Shown here: in pieces, positions 19,401 through 29,449 of the stretch
Position numbering within the stretch: position 1 is the stretch's first letter
How the letters are laid out: each line of letters begins with the position of its first letter
IMG/VR virus record: IMGVR_UViG_3300020576_002235
Length of the DNA: 64,000 nt
Source: an uncultured virus (IMG/VR IMGVR_UViG_3300020576_002235)
Taxonomy: Duplodnaviria; Heunggongvirae; Uroviricota; Caudoviricetes
Direction: 5' to 3' (one strand)
Made by a program: the position numbers and the translations under genes
The notes under the pieces: model-generated
The model's input: only the letters and a program-made list of their open reading frames with translations
Told to the model about the DNA's origin: nothing
The model's database searches: none

Positions 19401-22400
19401 AAGTTGATGGAGGCTCGCAAGGGGTTAATCAGTGTTTTGAATGAGGCTGTTGATTTAGATAACCGTCTAGCGAGCGGGACTGCTGCATTTTCGGAAGGTT
19501 CTGCAAAAACTATAAACAACTTAACAGGTTTACAAGGGCGTGCGGTAGGTGCTGCAAAAGCAGTAGACACACTGTACACTTCGTTAGATAAAGTCAACCC
19601 CTTTGGTGACAAGGCTGGTAGCGGTGCTTCCAAAGCTAAGACCGAATATGAGAAGCTTGGCGAAGAAATCTCAAAGGCTGTCGCGCTGTCAGAGGCTGAA
19701 ATAGCAAACAGTGGCAAGTTGTCTGCTGCAGATAAGTTTCGTGCGGCTACACTTAACAGAGTTATCGAGGCTTATCAGAGAGGCGACCTCACTGTTGCGC
19801 AGTACATCAAGAGAGTTAACGATGTTACTGATGCTGAAGCTTTGATGCGTCAAGCAGACGCAGTTAAAGAGTTGGAAGCAGCTACCAAGAAAGAGGCTGT
19901 TGAGGCAGCGAAGCGTTGGGGTGAAGGCTACACCAAACAGATTGAAGAGGAAGAAAAAGCTTACCTTAAATTGGCAGAGGCTATTGATTCGGTTGATAAG
20001 TCCATCAACGCTTTGTTGCGGGAAAATGACGCACTGCAAGAGAGCAACAATCTTGAATTGTCTTTGATGGGTAAATCTGCAGAAGAGCGTGCTAAGGCTA
20101 TTGCGCAACAACAAATACTTAATAAGTATAAGCTAGAAGAAGATAAAGCCAATACAACGCTTTCTGGTGACGTATTAAAGTCCAAACTCGACTCACTCAA
20201 CACCGAGAGAGTACGTGCGCTTGATCTTGCAGCGCAGAAGCAGAGTATTGCTGACTGGAACACCACGTTCGACAGTATCAGCAACGGACTGACCGATGCC
20301 ATCATGAGCGCTGGCAAAGATGGTGGTAAGGGCCTGCGCGACTACTTGGAAGCTGAACTGCTGACAAAGCCGTTTAAGATGGTCATACAGGCTATGGTGC
20401 AGCCTTATGCACAGAGTCTAACTAATTTTGTGATGGGGTCTGGAGGCGGCGGTAGCGCAGGACTTGGTGATCTAGGCTACTTTATGGGTGACGGTGCTGG
20501 TAACAGCATGGGTAAACTTGACATCGCTGGCTTCAGTATGAAGGAGATTTCAGCCGGTATGAGCTACGCATCGGCTCTTTTTTCCGCGTCAGAGGGCAAG
20601 TGGGGCCGAGCGGTGGGACAAGCTCTTGGTCAATACGTCGGTGGCCCACTTGGAGCAATGATTGGCGGTGCAATTGGGAGTGCAGTTGATAAGTTGGCAG
20701 GCGGAGAAACGCGCAGTGGTGGTGGGTATTTTTCAGACATCACGCATGGTGCTGTATTTACTGTCGGCCCGAGCGGAGGCGACTTCGCAGCATCGCAGGT
20801 TAAGCTTGCTATTGACGAGACCACCAAAGCTATCAATGCCACACTAAAGTCTGTAGGAAGCGCAGTCTCATTGGTTAGCTTTACGGCAGGCTATGAAACA
20901 TCTGACAACGACCGTGGTGGAGCTACCGCAGGAGCTTTACTCAGCACTGGTATAAAAATTGGTCAAGACTTGAGTGGGGACAACTATGCAGGCACCAAGT
21001 ACGATCCAACTAAAGGGTTCAACCATGACGCCCAAAGCGCTGTAGCTGCTCTTGACCTCGAACTAAAACAGTCTATCATTGAAACCCTGCAAGCCGCAGG
21101 CGACATCCCACAAGCTGTCACAGATGTTATCGATAATGCTTTGGCTAATGCAAATGTTGACAGTGTTGCGAAGCTCGGCGCAGATGCCACCAACGCCGCT
21201 GTATCCGCGCTCAATGCTATTATTGGTTCGGTTGAAGTATTCAACAAGATTGTTACCACATTGCCGTTTAAGGAGTTGGCAGACCTGAGTTTTGATACCG
21301 CAGCAAGTTTGATTGAATTCTCAGGTGGCATTGACAACCTCGCGTCAAACCTCAGTGGTTTTTACACAAATTTCTATTCTGAGCAAGATCAACTAGCGCT
21401 CAAGATCGAGTTTGCTAGTAAAGCCTTCGCAGACCTTGGTGTTGCCCTGCCAGCCATCGACGGCTCAACACGCGACTGGTACAAATCTCTGATTGATGCA
21501 CAACTGAAGCTCAATCAAGGCGACGAAGCAACAGCAAAAACAACCGCTAGTCTGCTTGCTTTGCAAGGGGCAGTCAGCGAACTCGCACCCACTGTAGAAG
21601 TAATCAAGTCATCCATTGCCGGAACAACCGAAGCCCTCAAGAATCAGGAATCTTGGCAAACCAAGCTCGACATCGCAACAGGCAAAACCACTGCGCTTGA
21701 AGTCGAAAAGCTCGCAGCGCTGGAAGCCGCAGACCCTGCGACCAAAGCCATTGTCAACGCATACTACGACATGGCCGATCCTGCCATTGCCAAAGCCATT
21801 GTCGATGCTCAGAACGAGATCGCCATTGCAACAGGCCAGACCACACAATTAGAACTCGACCGCGCCGCCGCGCTGCTGACTGCCAACGATGCAACGCGCC
21901 CGCTTGTCAATACGCTCTATGATCTGAAAGAAGCCGCAGCAGCCGCGGCAACACTCAATGGCGTGATCGAAAAGTATTCTCCAACGACCACTAGTCAGGC
22001 CAGCGCATCGCTACCCGCAGGCATCGGTGACAAACTGCTAGGAATGGACAGCGCAGACATCAAAGCCGCCATTGCGCAATACGCGCAAGACCTGCTAGAC
22101 CTCGGTGAAGCTGGCTACGCTGGTGCCGCGCAACTCGCCACAATGACCGACGCCATTGATGTGCTTATAGCCAGCAAGGCCCGCATTGAAGGCTTTAAGG
22201 ACGAAGCTGCAAAGCTGTCAATCGAGCTACTTACCGCGCAAGGCAACACAGCAGGCGCGGCCAACGCTCTGCGCGAGCTTGAGACACAAGGATTTTCAGA
22301 CGCAGAGATAGCTGCATACGATTACAACCAGTCACTACGCAACCAGATCACGGCTATCAATTCTGCAAAGGCCGCACTGGAGTCATTCAACACCGCCGCT

Positions 22401-25400
22401 GCATCCATCCGGGGTAGTCAAGACATCATTGCAGGGACTTCGGCGATTGATGCAGCCCAGCGCGAACTCACGCTGTCGCTGAACACGCTCAACGCTATGA
22501 TGAAAAAGCGCCCGGATATTGTGACAACTACTGCCGCAACATCGGGTTCAGCAGCAGTCGGGTTTTTTGAAATGTACCCCGATGCGCTCTCTTACTTGGA
22601 AAACTTTGCAACAACGCAAGCAGCAGACTTTAATGCGTATGTCGGCGCAAATGCAAAACTCATCGGGCAATCGCTTGATTCACCCGCTTGGGCGAACGAG
22701 CTTTACGACCTGATATCAACCAATGGCGATGCAACCCTGCGCGCCATGGGTGAAGGCTGGATTAACCCGGACATCAACGGCATTGTCAAGGCCGCAGTGG
22801 CCGCAACCGCAGCAAGCACCACCATTACCCCAGGTGGCATCAACTCATCATTTGTGCCGTTTACTGACGATCAGGCCCGCACTATCGGTGCTGCTATTGC
22901 CGCCGGTACAGTAGCTGAAACTGACTACACGCCAGCACAGATTGCCGCATTCACCACCTTCATGGGTAACGCCGCAACCCTGACAACCGCGCAAAATACA
23001 GCAGCAGCAGCGGCAGCAGCAGCGGCAGCAGCGGCAGCAGCCGAGGCAACAAAAACCGCAGACGCCATCCAGGCCATCACCGACGGGCTGACAAAAGAAG
23101 GCAAGAGTTTGAACATTGCGCTGCTGGAGGCGCAAGGCAACATGACCGGCGCTGCGGATGCTGCAAAAGCACTGGCAACCGAAGGAATGAACCCGCTTCA
23201 AATCGGTCTCTGGGTGGCAAACGAGCTTGTCAAAAAACAAACCGCCACACTAATACAACACAACACCCTGCAAGATGAGCTCAACAGCCTGACCGATACC
23301 AGCACCGAAGCACTGACACGCCAGCGTAACGCGCTTGACGAAAGCAACCGGGCACTGTTTGACCAGGTGCAAGGCATGAAGGGCATCAAAGCACTGCGCG
23401 AAACATATGCCATACCGCAGACAGCCGCGCAGACCGGTGCAGCGGTTACAGCCGCAGGCTATGACGTAACAGGCTTGGACAGCGCAGGCATCAAAGCCTA
23501 CATCAACGGCATTCTGAACGACCCGAAGATGTTTGAAGCGGACGGTAAAACACTGACTGCATTCGGCCTTGCAACCGAAAAATCACTGACTGGCCTGACC
23601 GGTGCCATCAACATACTTGGCACAGCAGGTGATGCTGTAACCGCGAGCATCAAGGGGCTGACAGACGAAGGCACCAATCTTGCGATTGAATTGCAACGCG
23701 CCCAGGGCGATATCGCAGGCGCTACCGCAGCGCAGCGGGCTATTGATATTGGCAAATTCACCGGCACAGCAGACCAAATAGCCACACAGATAACACAGTA
23801 CGATGACAACGCGCTGACCCGCACGGCCATTGCAAATCAAACCAAAACAAACGAGCTAACCGACCAGCTTAACGGCTTGCGCGACACCGAGGCCCAAGCA
23901 CTGATGCGCCAGCGTGATGCGCTGTCGTCTGTCAACCAACTGATATTTGATCAGATCCAAATCTGGACAAAGTACAACGATCTCCAAGCCACTTTCAAAG
24001 TACCGCAATCGCTGGCCGATGCGTCAACCGCAGTAGCCGCCGCAATGCTTGATGTAACCGGGCTTGACAGCACAGGCATTGCAAACCTTGTCAATACAGC
24101 GCTGTCAAATCTCAAGCTCGACCCGACACTGTTTGACCAGCTAACGCAAGATTGGACAACAGCAGGCGACCTTGCTGTATCAAAACTGTATGGCGTGAAA
24201 GACGCGCTGCTGATTGTCGGCACTGCTGCTGATTCGGTTATCGCAACGCTTGCGACAATCTCCGATCAGACCACGGCAAACACCGCAACACGCGGCATGA
24301 CGGCGTTGCAAAAATCACTTTATGATGTTGACCAGCAAGTGTCAACATGGATCAAGTCGCTTGTCAAAGACGGCATGACGCTGGAAGAAGCCACGACGGC
24401 CACGGCCAATTACAGCAGCACCACAAAAGCGGGCATCAACGAAGATGCAGCCAACTCCGCAGCCGACATCCTCAAGGGCATCAACACAGAATTCACCAAC
24501 ATCGGCAAAACCGGTCTTGAGATAACCCTCGCTGGCATCGACCAGCGCGGCGTTGAGCTTAAAAAATCCCTAGCAGACTTGGGCGATACATCCGCCACCA
24601 GTATTGCCGCAGTCGATCAGCTAACCGGAGCCTTGCGGCTTGACGCCATCAACCCGGCTGCTGACAAAGCCGCGCTACTCAATAGCCAGCTCGATCTGTT
24701 GGGCCAAATTGCCCAGGTATCAGGCGACTATGCAGGCGCAGCGGCCATCAAGACCCAGCAGCACGCCATAGCACTTGCGGCGCTAGACCCGGCGCTACGC
24801 GAGGCTACACAAGCCCTGTGGGATGCGCAAGATGCAGCAGAGCAACTTGGGAAAAACAACGGGCTACAGAGTCGCTTGCTAGGCGCTACAGGCAATGATG
24901 CAAGCCTGCTTGCCTTTAACAGAAACCTTGAACTACAAGGCGACTGGACTGAGGCGCAAAAAGGCATGCTGCAAGCCATTTACGACGCCGAGGATGCTGC
25001 AAAATCAAGAGAGACAGCACTACAACAGCTTGACAAAAACAACAGCCTGAAAGGCCGTTTGATCGGTGCAGGCGGCAACGAAGCAGCCATCAACGAATGG
25101 AATCGCAGCCTTGAACTCGCTGGCGACTGGACTGATGCGCAGCGCGACCTGCTGAAAATGATCTACGTCGCCGAGGATGCGGCCAAGCTCAACGCCGAGG
25201 CGCAGAGAAAGGCCGAAGAGGCAGCCGCCAAAGCCGCAGCAGACAAAGAATCGTCAATCAAAAGCTACTCTGATTTTGAGCGTGAAACATTCTCCCTCAA
25301 GCGCCAACTGCAAACCGGCAAAGCTGACACAGGCAAAGCCGACTTCATGGCAACGCTGACCGGCTCTGCTGACGTTTACGGCTTGGGCGAAGCATTGTGG

Positions 25401-28334
25401 GATTTGAATAGCGCACTCAGAACCACCATCGAGTCAATGGCAACTATCGCCGGGATGCAGGACGCCAACGCACTCAGCCAGATTGACCTGCTGATAGCGC
25501 AAGGCAAAACCGCCGAGGCCACCGCACTGCGCACATCCATCGAAATAGCCAAACTGCCAAAAACCGTATCTGAAGCGGCATTTGCTGATATCGATCGCCT
25601 GTCAAAAGAGCGCACCGCCGCCCGCACCAAAGCATACTCACTTACTGATAGCGTAAATGCAACGCAATACGAGATAAACCGCCAAAACTCGGGGCAGACT
25701 ACCCTTCAAGACCAGATCACAAGTCTAACCGCTGAGATGACCGACCCGAAATGGGACGCAGCCACAAGAGCATCGGTGCAGGATCAGATTGACGTGTACA
25801 AAAAAGCAATCGCTGATAGTCAAGCCCTTGAAGATCAATTGGTTATCAGCCTTGCTGATTTCAAAGAGCAATCGGAAATAGCCAGCACCGGTATCGGTAC
25901 GCTGACAACAGAAATTGAAAAACTTGCCGAAGGCACAACCGACGCAGCCCTTGAGATATACAACGCAGGGCTTGAACTCAAAGCGCAGATAGCTAGTATC
26001 GGCACGCAAAAATCCATCTGGGAAAAATTCGCAAGCGAAGATCAGAAAAAGGCTAAAGCCACCACAGACCTTGCCACCGGATTTGATGCCCTTGATCTTG
26101 CCATTCCGGCCACCGCCGCCGAATTCCTCGCACTGTCAGAAGCCGCTGACCCGGCCACCGAAGCCGGGCGGCTGGTGATTGACACCCTTGGCGCACTGAC
26201 CGATGCTTTTGCTCTGTTGCACCCGACAGCCCAGGCCGCAGTTGACATCACCAAAGACTATGAGCGCGCACTATTGCAGGCACAAGGGAATGCGGCTGGA
26301 ATTGCCGCACTTGACAAAGCAGAACTGAACAAGTCGCGCAAAGACGCAGGCTGGACAGACGCGCAAATCAGCACAGTCGATGCCGCCACCCTTGCCACCA
26401 CAGATCGAGGCTGGCAAGAGCAACTCGATGTACTGACGGGCGCGTCAACACAAAAACAGATCGACCGCGCGAGGGAGTTAGCCGCTGTCACTGATACCAC
26501 TACGCTGGCCCTGATGAACCATGTATTTGCCCAGCAAGACCTGAATGAAATAGCAGACGAGCGCAAGGGGCTGGAGTCAGAGCTACTCACCGAGCGAGGC
26601 GACACAACTGCACTGCGGGCGCTTGAACTTGCCACACTCGACCCAAGCAACCAAGCGCTAAAAGAGCGCATTTGGGCATTGCAGGATGAAAAAGACGCAC
26701 TGGCAAAACTGCAAACAGCAGTCGATCAGTACCAGTCTACCCAGGCCACAATGGCTAGCCAGTACAAGGCATTTCAGGACGCCGTCACCAGCACCAGCGC
26801 CGCCGTCACATCCGCCACTGAAGCCATCACCGCAGGCTACATCGCCGCAGCAAAAGCCAAAGAAGATGCAGACTCGGCAGTTTACGAAGCCCAACGCAGC
26901 ATCAACGACAGCTACAACAGTTCAGTTGATGCGGTTGATGCAGCGCAAAAGGCTGTTGACTCCCTCATTGCAAAAACTGGTGACAGCCTGCGCAAGTTTG
27001 CCAAGTCGATCAAAGATTTTGTGTCCGGGCTTGACCGTGATTCGGCAGTGCAACTCGACCCATTTGCCAAACTCTACGCAGCTCAGCGCGACTTTGCCGA
27101 GAATGCAGCCAAAGCTCTTGGTGGCGACACCGACGCGCAAGGCAAACTCACCGGCATTGCCAACGACCTGATAACCGCGTCAAAAGACACCGCAAGCAGC
27201 CGCGTTGACTACCTGCGCACCGTCGCCCTGCTGAAAAACAAGCTCCTCGGCATAGCGGGCTCAGCAGAGACAAAGGCCGGGCCAGCAGAGCAGACTGTTG
27301 ATGAACTCAAACTCGCAAATGAAGCCCTTGAAAAGGCCAAAGAAGCGCAAGCCAAATGGTACGACGCCTGGGTGGCATCGGGTGCCAGCACAAAGACGTT
27401 TGAAACCGATTTTCTCAAGGCGTACAAAGACGCTATCAAAGCGCAAGAGAAGGCCGGTATTGATCTGACGGCATGGGAAGCTGCACTTGCCGAATCAGGC
27501 GCACCGACAACAGAGGCTGTAAAGGATTTTGCAAAAGATTGGCGCGAAGCGCAAGCAGACTACACCAAAGCAATAGCTGACTTGGCCGCCGCTGATCAAG
27601 CGCTGATAGACGCTTTTGGTACTGGCGACCTATCTGGCCTGCTGGTGTTAAAGACCCCGCTGGAAGAATTCGCCCTCGCCGTTGACGCATTCAAGACTGC
27701 AAAGATCGAGATTGACGGGCTGGGCGGAATTGAGAAAGCTATAGCCGATCTGGCCGCCGCGCTGACGAAAACTACCACAGATACAACAGGTGGCGGTTTG
27801 ACAGACGCAGTTAACGCCGCCAACGCAGCAGACTTTTATGCCGAATTGGATAAGTCCAAATCGACCGGCGTGTATCGACGTGCCCAGCTAAATGGCGGGC
27901 CGATTGCTGTGTCTTTTGGTGCCGACTTCGGGGCCGCCTATGAATCAGCAGTCACAGCGGATTTTATAAATACATGGATAGCAACCAACGGTAATCGTGA
28001 TTACACCAAAGACGAAATCACGGCCATGAAAGATTGGGCGCATGACAAGGGCTTACCGGGCTTTGCCGTTGGCACCAACTATGTGCCGCACGACATGGTA
28101 GCCAACATCCACCAAGGCGAAGCCATCATCCCCGCAGCATTCAACCCTGAGCGCTACAACCGGGCCAGTGGCAACGATGCGCTGGTGGCAGAAATCAAAG
28201 CACTGCGCGAGGAAGTCAAAGCCCTGCGTACTGCAAACAGCGCAGAGAACAACGCTATTGCCGACAACACCCGCAAAACAAAAGTGGTGCTTGAGAAATT
28301 CGACATTGACGGCCTGCCAGCCACACGGGATTAA
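16464..28334 (+). CDS. Tape measure protein, 3956 aa
   Basis: Follows the chaperones; TP901-type core (LAQAG, SNTSVEGM, G.GT.AGTAL); Ala-rich helical repeats; C-terminal GFAVGTNYVP..M.A.IH.GE.IIP. Confidence 0.93.
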   Translation: MSDGVVDIALNFSKETESVNKLALAFEKLAIAAKDTNKASLNELRFAIKSLWTDSTETLKRVVSDTSSSMTKINEVVKTHQVNKLFDVGAIEANLKQITAAVSTAMTANTAVVSEQVTQQMALNAKGFEEAKRIALEQVAEEKSKGAKLIAEAVKLRAEKKAIGDQELNEIKAHYEKVKAMDVNDANARFQAMSLEAQKLRVLRVESLLASNVAPSAVVKRYGSDAIIAALQSESFTKVAVIKDGTAAEVAARLERIRAVGAASQALLEQQKLNNAATLASVKDQEATDKMQIAAIKAATAAEVAAIQARVAAATNLATGSYQKYNPNTGAAGSLVNPIHPKAVQDTNALIDATKSLTGHHNALNDATRGVVQGMGMYSATLTSIIPLLAGMAVGGAFKQMFDQGRDLEYQMTFVAKLTEGAKIATEDFAKAMQGSQLSTKEGAQGLRALAQAGLSAEDALTALPSVMNLAVVGEMQLGAAALVATGVMHAFNLQMTDMPHIVDVMTKAAAVSNTSVEGMATAIKTASVVSDQFGVSLEEISAGLVVMAKRNIEGTSAGTALKNFITNLASTTPIASARMKQLRIDVYDAEGNLKKMSQIIPELATAFVGLNEKTKNEALKDLFNERGRRAAAAMIKDVELYGNELDRLTNKSAGFAASVVRDLDHTVTGQIKATANALSLNFDKAFERTADSWSNLMSRFNEAAGSSALQTFVVGLSNNLLLLVDNFGKLSVAVGVGVLAWKTYAEAVAVAETVSVTATAATGIAAATTLTLSGALSALGTVLSRILWPVAAVTALYAAFKILSGEIDEVTEASKRRNRESLDTIAKLYKEIDAIQDETRALHLQTQQNISLADAVRQVAAAKKNLHGVSLEADISSAKADVKTAGEAYGKSGILDFVANAKALGDAQAKLRSLEAQQADFVKNSAAQVFPKLMADMAYAAKEQTKSVGEIVSDLRLKDKQLLHAAENVISSDPAKYTKLMEARKGLISVLNEAVDLDNRLASGTAAFSEGSAKTINNLTGLQGRAVGAAKAVDTLYTSLDKVNPFGDKAGSGASKAKTEYEKLGEEISKAVALSEAEIANSGKLSAADKFRAATLNRVIEAYQRGDLTVAQYIKRVNDVTDAEALMRQADAVKELEAATKKEAVEAAKRWGEGYTKQIEEEEKAYLKLAEAIDSVDKSINALLRENDALQESNNLELSLMGKSAEERAKAIAQQQILNKYKLEEDKANTTLSGDVLKSKLDSLNTERVRALDLAAQKQSIADWNTTFDSISNGLTDAIMSAGKDGGKGLRDYLEAELLTKPFKMVIQAMVQPYAQSLTNFVMGSGGGGSAGLGDLGYFMGDGAGNSMGKLDIAGFSMKEISAGMSYASALFSASEGKWGRAVGQALGQYVGGPLGAMIGGAIGSAVDKLAGGETRSGGGYFSDITHGAVFTVGPSGGDFAASQVKLAIDETTKAINATLKSVGSAVSLVSFTAGYETSDNDRGGATAGALLSTGIKIGQDLSGDNYAGTKYDPTKGFNHDAQSAVAALDLELKQSIIETLQAAGDIPQAVTDVIDNALANANVDSVAKLGADATNAAVSALNAIIGSVEVFNKIVTTLPFKELADLSFDTAASLIEFSGGIDNLASNLSGFYTNFYSEQDQLALKIEFASKAFADLGVALPAIDGSTRDWYKSLIDAQLKLNQGDEATAKTTASLLALQGAVSELAPTVEVIKSSIAGTTEALKNQESWQTKLDIATGKTTALEVEKLAALEAADPATKAIVNAYYDMADPAIAKAIVDAQNEIAIATGQTTQLELDRAAALLTANDATRPLVNTLYDLKEAAAAAATLNGVIEKYSPTTTSQASASLPAGIGDKLLGMDSADIKAAIAQYAQDLLDLGEAGYAGAAQLATMTDAIDVLIASKARIEGFKDEAAKLSIELLTAQGNTAGAANALRELETQGFSDAEIAAYDYNQSLRNQITAINSAKAALESFNTAAASIRGSQDIIAGTSAIDAAQRELTLSLNTLNAMMKKRPDIVTTTAATSGSAAVGFFEMYPDALSYLENFATTQAADFNAYVGANAKLIGQSLDSPAWANELYDLISTNGDATLRAMGEGWINPDINGIVKAAVAATAASTTITPGGINSSFVPFTDDQARTIGAAIAAGTVAETDYTPAQIAAFTTFMGNAATLTTAQNTAAAAAAAAAAAAAAEATKTADAIQAITDGLTKEGKSLNIALLEAQGNMTGAADAAKALATEGMNPLQIGLWVANELVKKQTATLIQHNTLQDELNSLTDTSTEALTRQRNALDESNRALFDQVQGMKGIKALRETYAIPQTAAQTGAAVTAAGYDVTGLDSAGIKAYINGILNDPKMFEADGKTLTAFGLATEKSLTGLTGAINILGTAGDAVTASIKGLTDEGTNLAIELQRAQGDIAGATAAQRAIDIGKFTGTADQIATQITQYDDNALTRTAIANQTKTNELTDQLNGLRDTEAQALMRQRDALSSVNQLIFDQIQIWTKYNDLQATFKVPQSLADASTAVAAAMLDVTGLDSTGIANLVNTALSNLKLDPTLFDQLTQDWTTAGDLAVSKLYGVKDALLIVGTAADSVIATLATISDQTTANTATRGMTALQKSLYDVDQQVSTWIKSLVKDGMTLEEATTATANYSSTTKAGINEDAANSAADILKGINTEFTNIGKTGLEITLAGIDQRGVELKKSLADLGDTSATSIAAVDQLTGALRLDAINPAADKAALLNSQLDLLGQIAQVSGDYAGAAAIKTQQHAIALAALDPALREATQALWDAQDAAEQLGKNNGLQSRLLGATGNDASLLAFNRNLELQGDWTEAQKGMLQAIYDAEDAAKSRETALQQLDKNNSLKGRLIGAGGNEAAINEWNRSLELAGDWTDAQRDLLKMIYVAEDAAKLNAEAQRKAEEAAAKAAADKESSIKSYSDFERETFSLKRQLQTGKADTGKADFMATLTGSADVYGLGEALWDLNSALRTTIESMATIAGMQDANALSQIDLLIAQGKTAEATALRTSIEIAKLPKTVSEAAFADIDRLSKERTAARTKAYSLTDSVNATQYEINRQNSGQTTLQDQITSLTAEMTDPKWDAATRASVQDQIDVYKKAIADSQALEDQLVISLADFKEQSEIASTGIGTLTTEIEKLAEGTTDAALEIYNAGLELKAQIASIGTQKSIWEKFASEDQKKAKATTDLATGFDALDLAIPATAAEFLALSEAADPATEAGRLVIDTLGALTDAFALLHPTAQAAVDITKDYERALLQAQGNAAGIAALDKAELNKSRKDAGWTDAQISTVDAATLATTDRGWQEQLDVLTGASTQKQIDRARELAAVTDTTTLALMNHVFAQQDLNEIADERKGLESELLTERGDTTALRALELATLDPSNQALKERIWALQDEKDALAKLQTAVDQYQSTQATMASQYKAFQDAVTSTSAAVTSATEAITAGYIAAAKAKEDADSAVYEAQRSINDSYNSSVDAVDAAQKAVDSLIAKTGDSLRKFAKSIKDFVSGLDRDSAVQLDPFAKLYAAQRDFAENAAKALGGDTDAQGKLTGIANDLITASKDTASSRVDYLRTVALLKNKLLGIAGSAETKAGPAEQTVDELKLANEALEKAKEAQAKWYDAWVASGASTKTFETDFLKAYKDAIKAQEKAGIDLTAWEAALAESGAPTTEAVKDFAKDWREAQADYTKAIADLAAADQALIDAFGTGDLSGLLVLKTPLEEFALAVDAFKTAKIEIDGLGGIEKAIADLAAALTKTTTDTTGGGLTDAVNAANAADFYAELDKSKSTGVYRRAQLNGGPIAVSFGADFGAAYESAVTADFINTWIATNGNRDYTKDEITAMKDWAHDKGLPGFAVGTNYVPHDMVANIHQGEAIIPAAFNPERYNRASGNDALVAEIKALREEVKALRTANSAENNAIADNTRKTKVVLEKFDIDGLPATRD

Positions 28335-28337
28335 GCC

Positions 28338-29246
28338 ATGCTCAAAGTCATTAAACCCACTGTCATCACCCCGGCCATGCTGATCAGCAGTGATGCGCCG
28401 GAGGCTGATAACCCTGCCTACAGCGCCGCCACTACCTACGCGCTGGCAGACAAGGTGATGTATGAGCATCGCAACTACGAGTCATTGCAGGCCAGCAACA
28501 CCGCGCACACGCCAACAGACCCGGCATCTGCCTGGTGGCTTGATCTTGGCCCCACTAATCGCTGGGCCATGTTCGATACTTACATCAACACCGGCACCAG
28601 TTACGACACCACACCCGGCGCATTCAAGGCTACCGTGCAGCCGGGCGTCACCACTGCCGTTGCACTGCTTGACATCAGCAACGCCAGCAGCGTTAGCGTA
28701 AAAATGGTTAATGGCAGCACCACGGTTTACGACCAGACTATCAATCTCGATGACAGCATCATTACAGATTGGTACAGCTACTGGTTTGATCCATTCGACA
28801 TCAAAAGCGACGTGCTTTTCACCGGCCTGCCGGTTTACTACAGCGGGAAAATAACCATTACTGTCACGCCAGGTGTGCCAGCCGCAACGGTCAGTCTTGG
28901 TGCCGCAATGTTTGGCACGATAGCAGAAATAGGGCAGGTGCAGTACGGCGCGACATCGGGCATCACTGACTACAGCAAAAAATCAACCGACGATTTTGGT
29001 GTTACCACCCTGATTCAGCGCAGTTACGCCAAACGCACCACTTACAGCCTGACCATTGATAACACCGAGTTGCGTCGGGTCTATTCAATCCTTGCTGCAC
29101 TGCGTGCCACACCCGCTGTATGGGTGGCATCCGATCTGGTTGATCTGTCAATCCTGACCGTCTTTGGATATTACAAAGATTTTTCAATCAATGTTGCTTA
29201 CCCGACTTACAGCACCTACTCCCTGGAAATTGAAGGAATGATTTGA
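28338..29246 (+). CDS. Tail tip/distal tail protein
   Basis: First gene after the TMP; W.DLGPTNRWAMFD and I.DYS.K..DDFG motifs. Confidence 0.65.
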   Translation: MLKVIKPTVITPAMLISSDAPEADNPAYSAATTYALADKVMYEHRNYESLQASNTAHTPTDPASAWWLDLGPTNRWAMFDTYINTGTSYDTTPGAFKATVQPGVTTAVALLDISNASSVSVKMVNGSTTVYDQTINLDDSIITDWYSYWFDPFDIKSDVLFTGLPVYYSGKITITVTPGVPAATVSLGAAMFGTIAEIGQVQYGATSGITDYSKKSTDDFGVTTLIQRSYAKRTTYSLTIDNTELRRVYSILAALRATPAVWVASDLVDLSILTVFGYYKDFSINVAYPTYSTYSLEIEGMI

Positions 29247-29440
29247 TGACTACTTTTACAGCGCCTCCCACGGCCCCTAGCCGCAGTGACCCGTCAACCT
29301 TTACCGTCCGCTCTGATGCATGGCTGGAGTGGATGGAAACCACCCATGTGCCGGAAATAGCCAACTTCACAGCCGCGCAGGAAGTGCGCGAGCAAACCAT
29401 CATGGCAGACGTAGCGCTTTGGGCGCTGATTTTCAACTAA
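29243..29440 (+). CDS. Small tail-fibre anchor-like protein
   Basis: PPTAPSRSDPSTF N-terminus; translationally coupled to the upstream gene. Confidence 0.5.
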   Translation: MMTTFTAPPTAPSRSDPSTFTVRSDAWLEWMETTHVPEIANFTAAQEVREQTIMADVALWALIFN

Positions 29441-29449
29441 AGGCAAGAT

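Noticed and set aside
17429..28469. Many short minus-strand and alternate-frame ORFs within the TMP
   Set aside because: They are shadows of an Ala-rich ORF, without convincing protein features.
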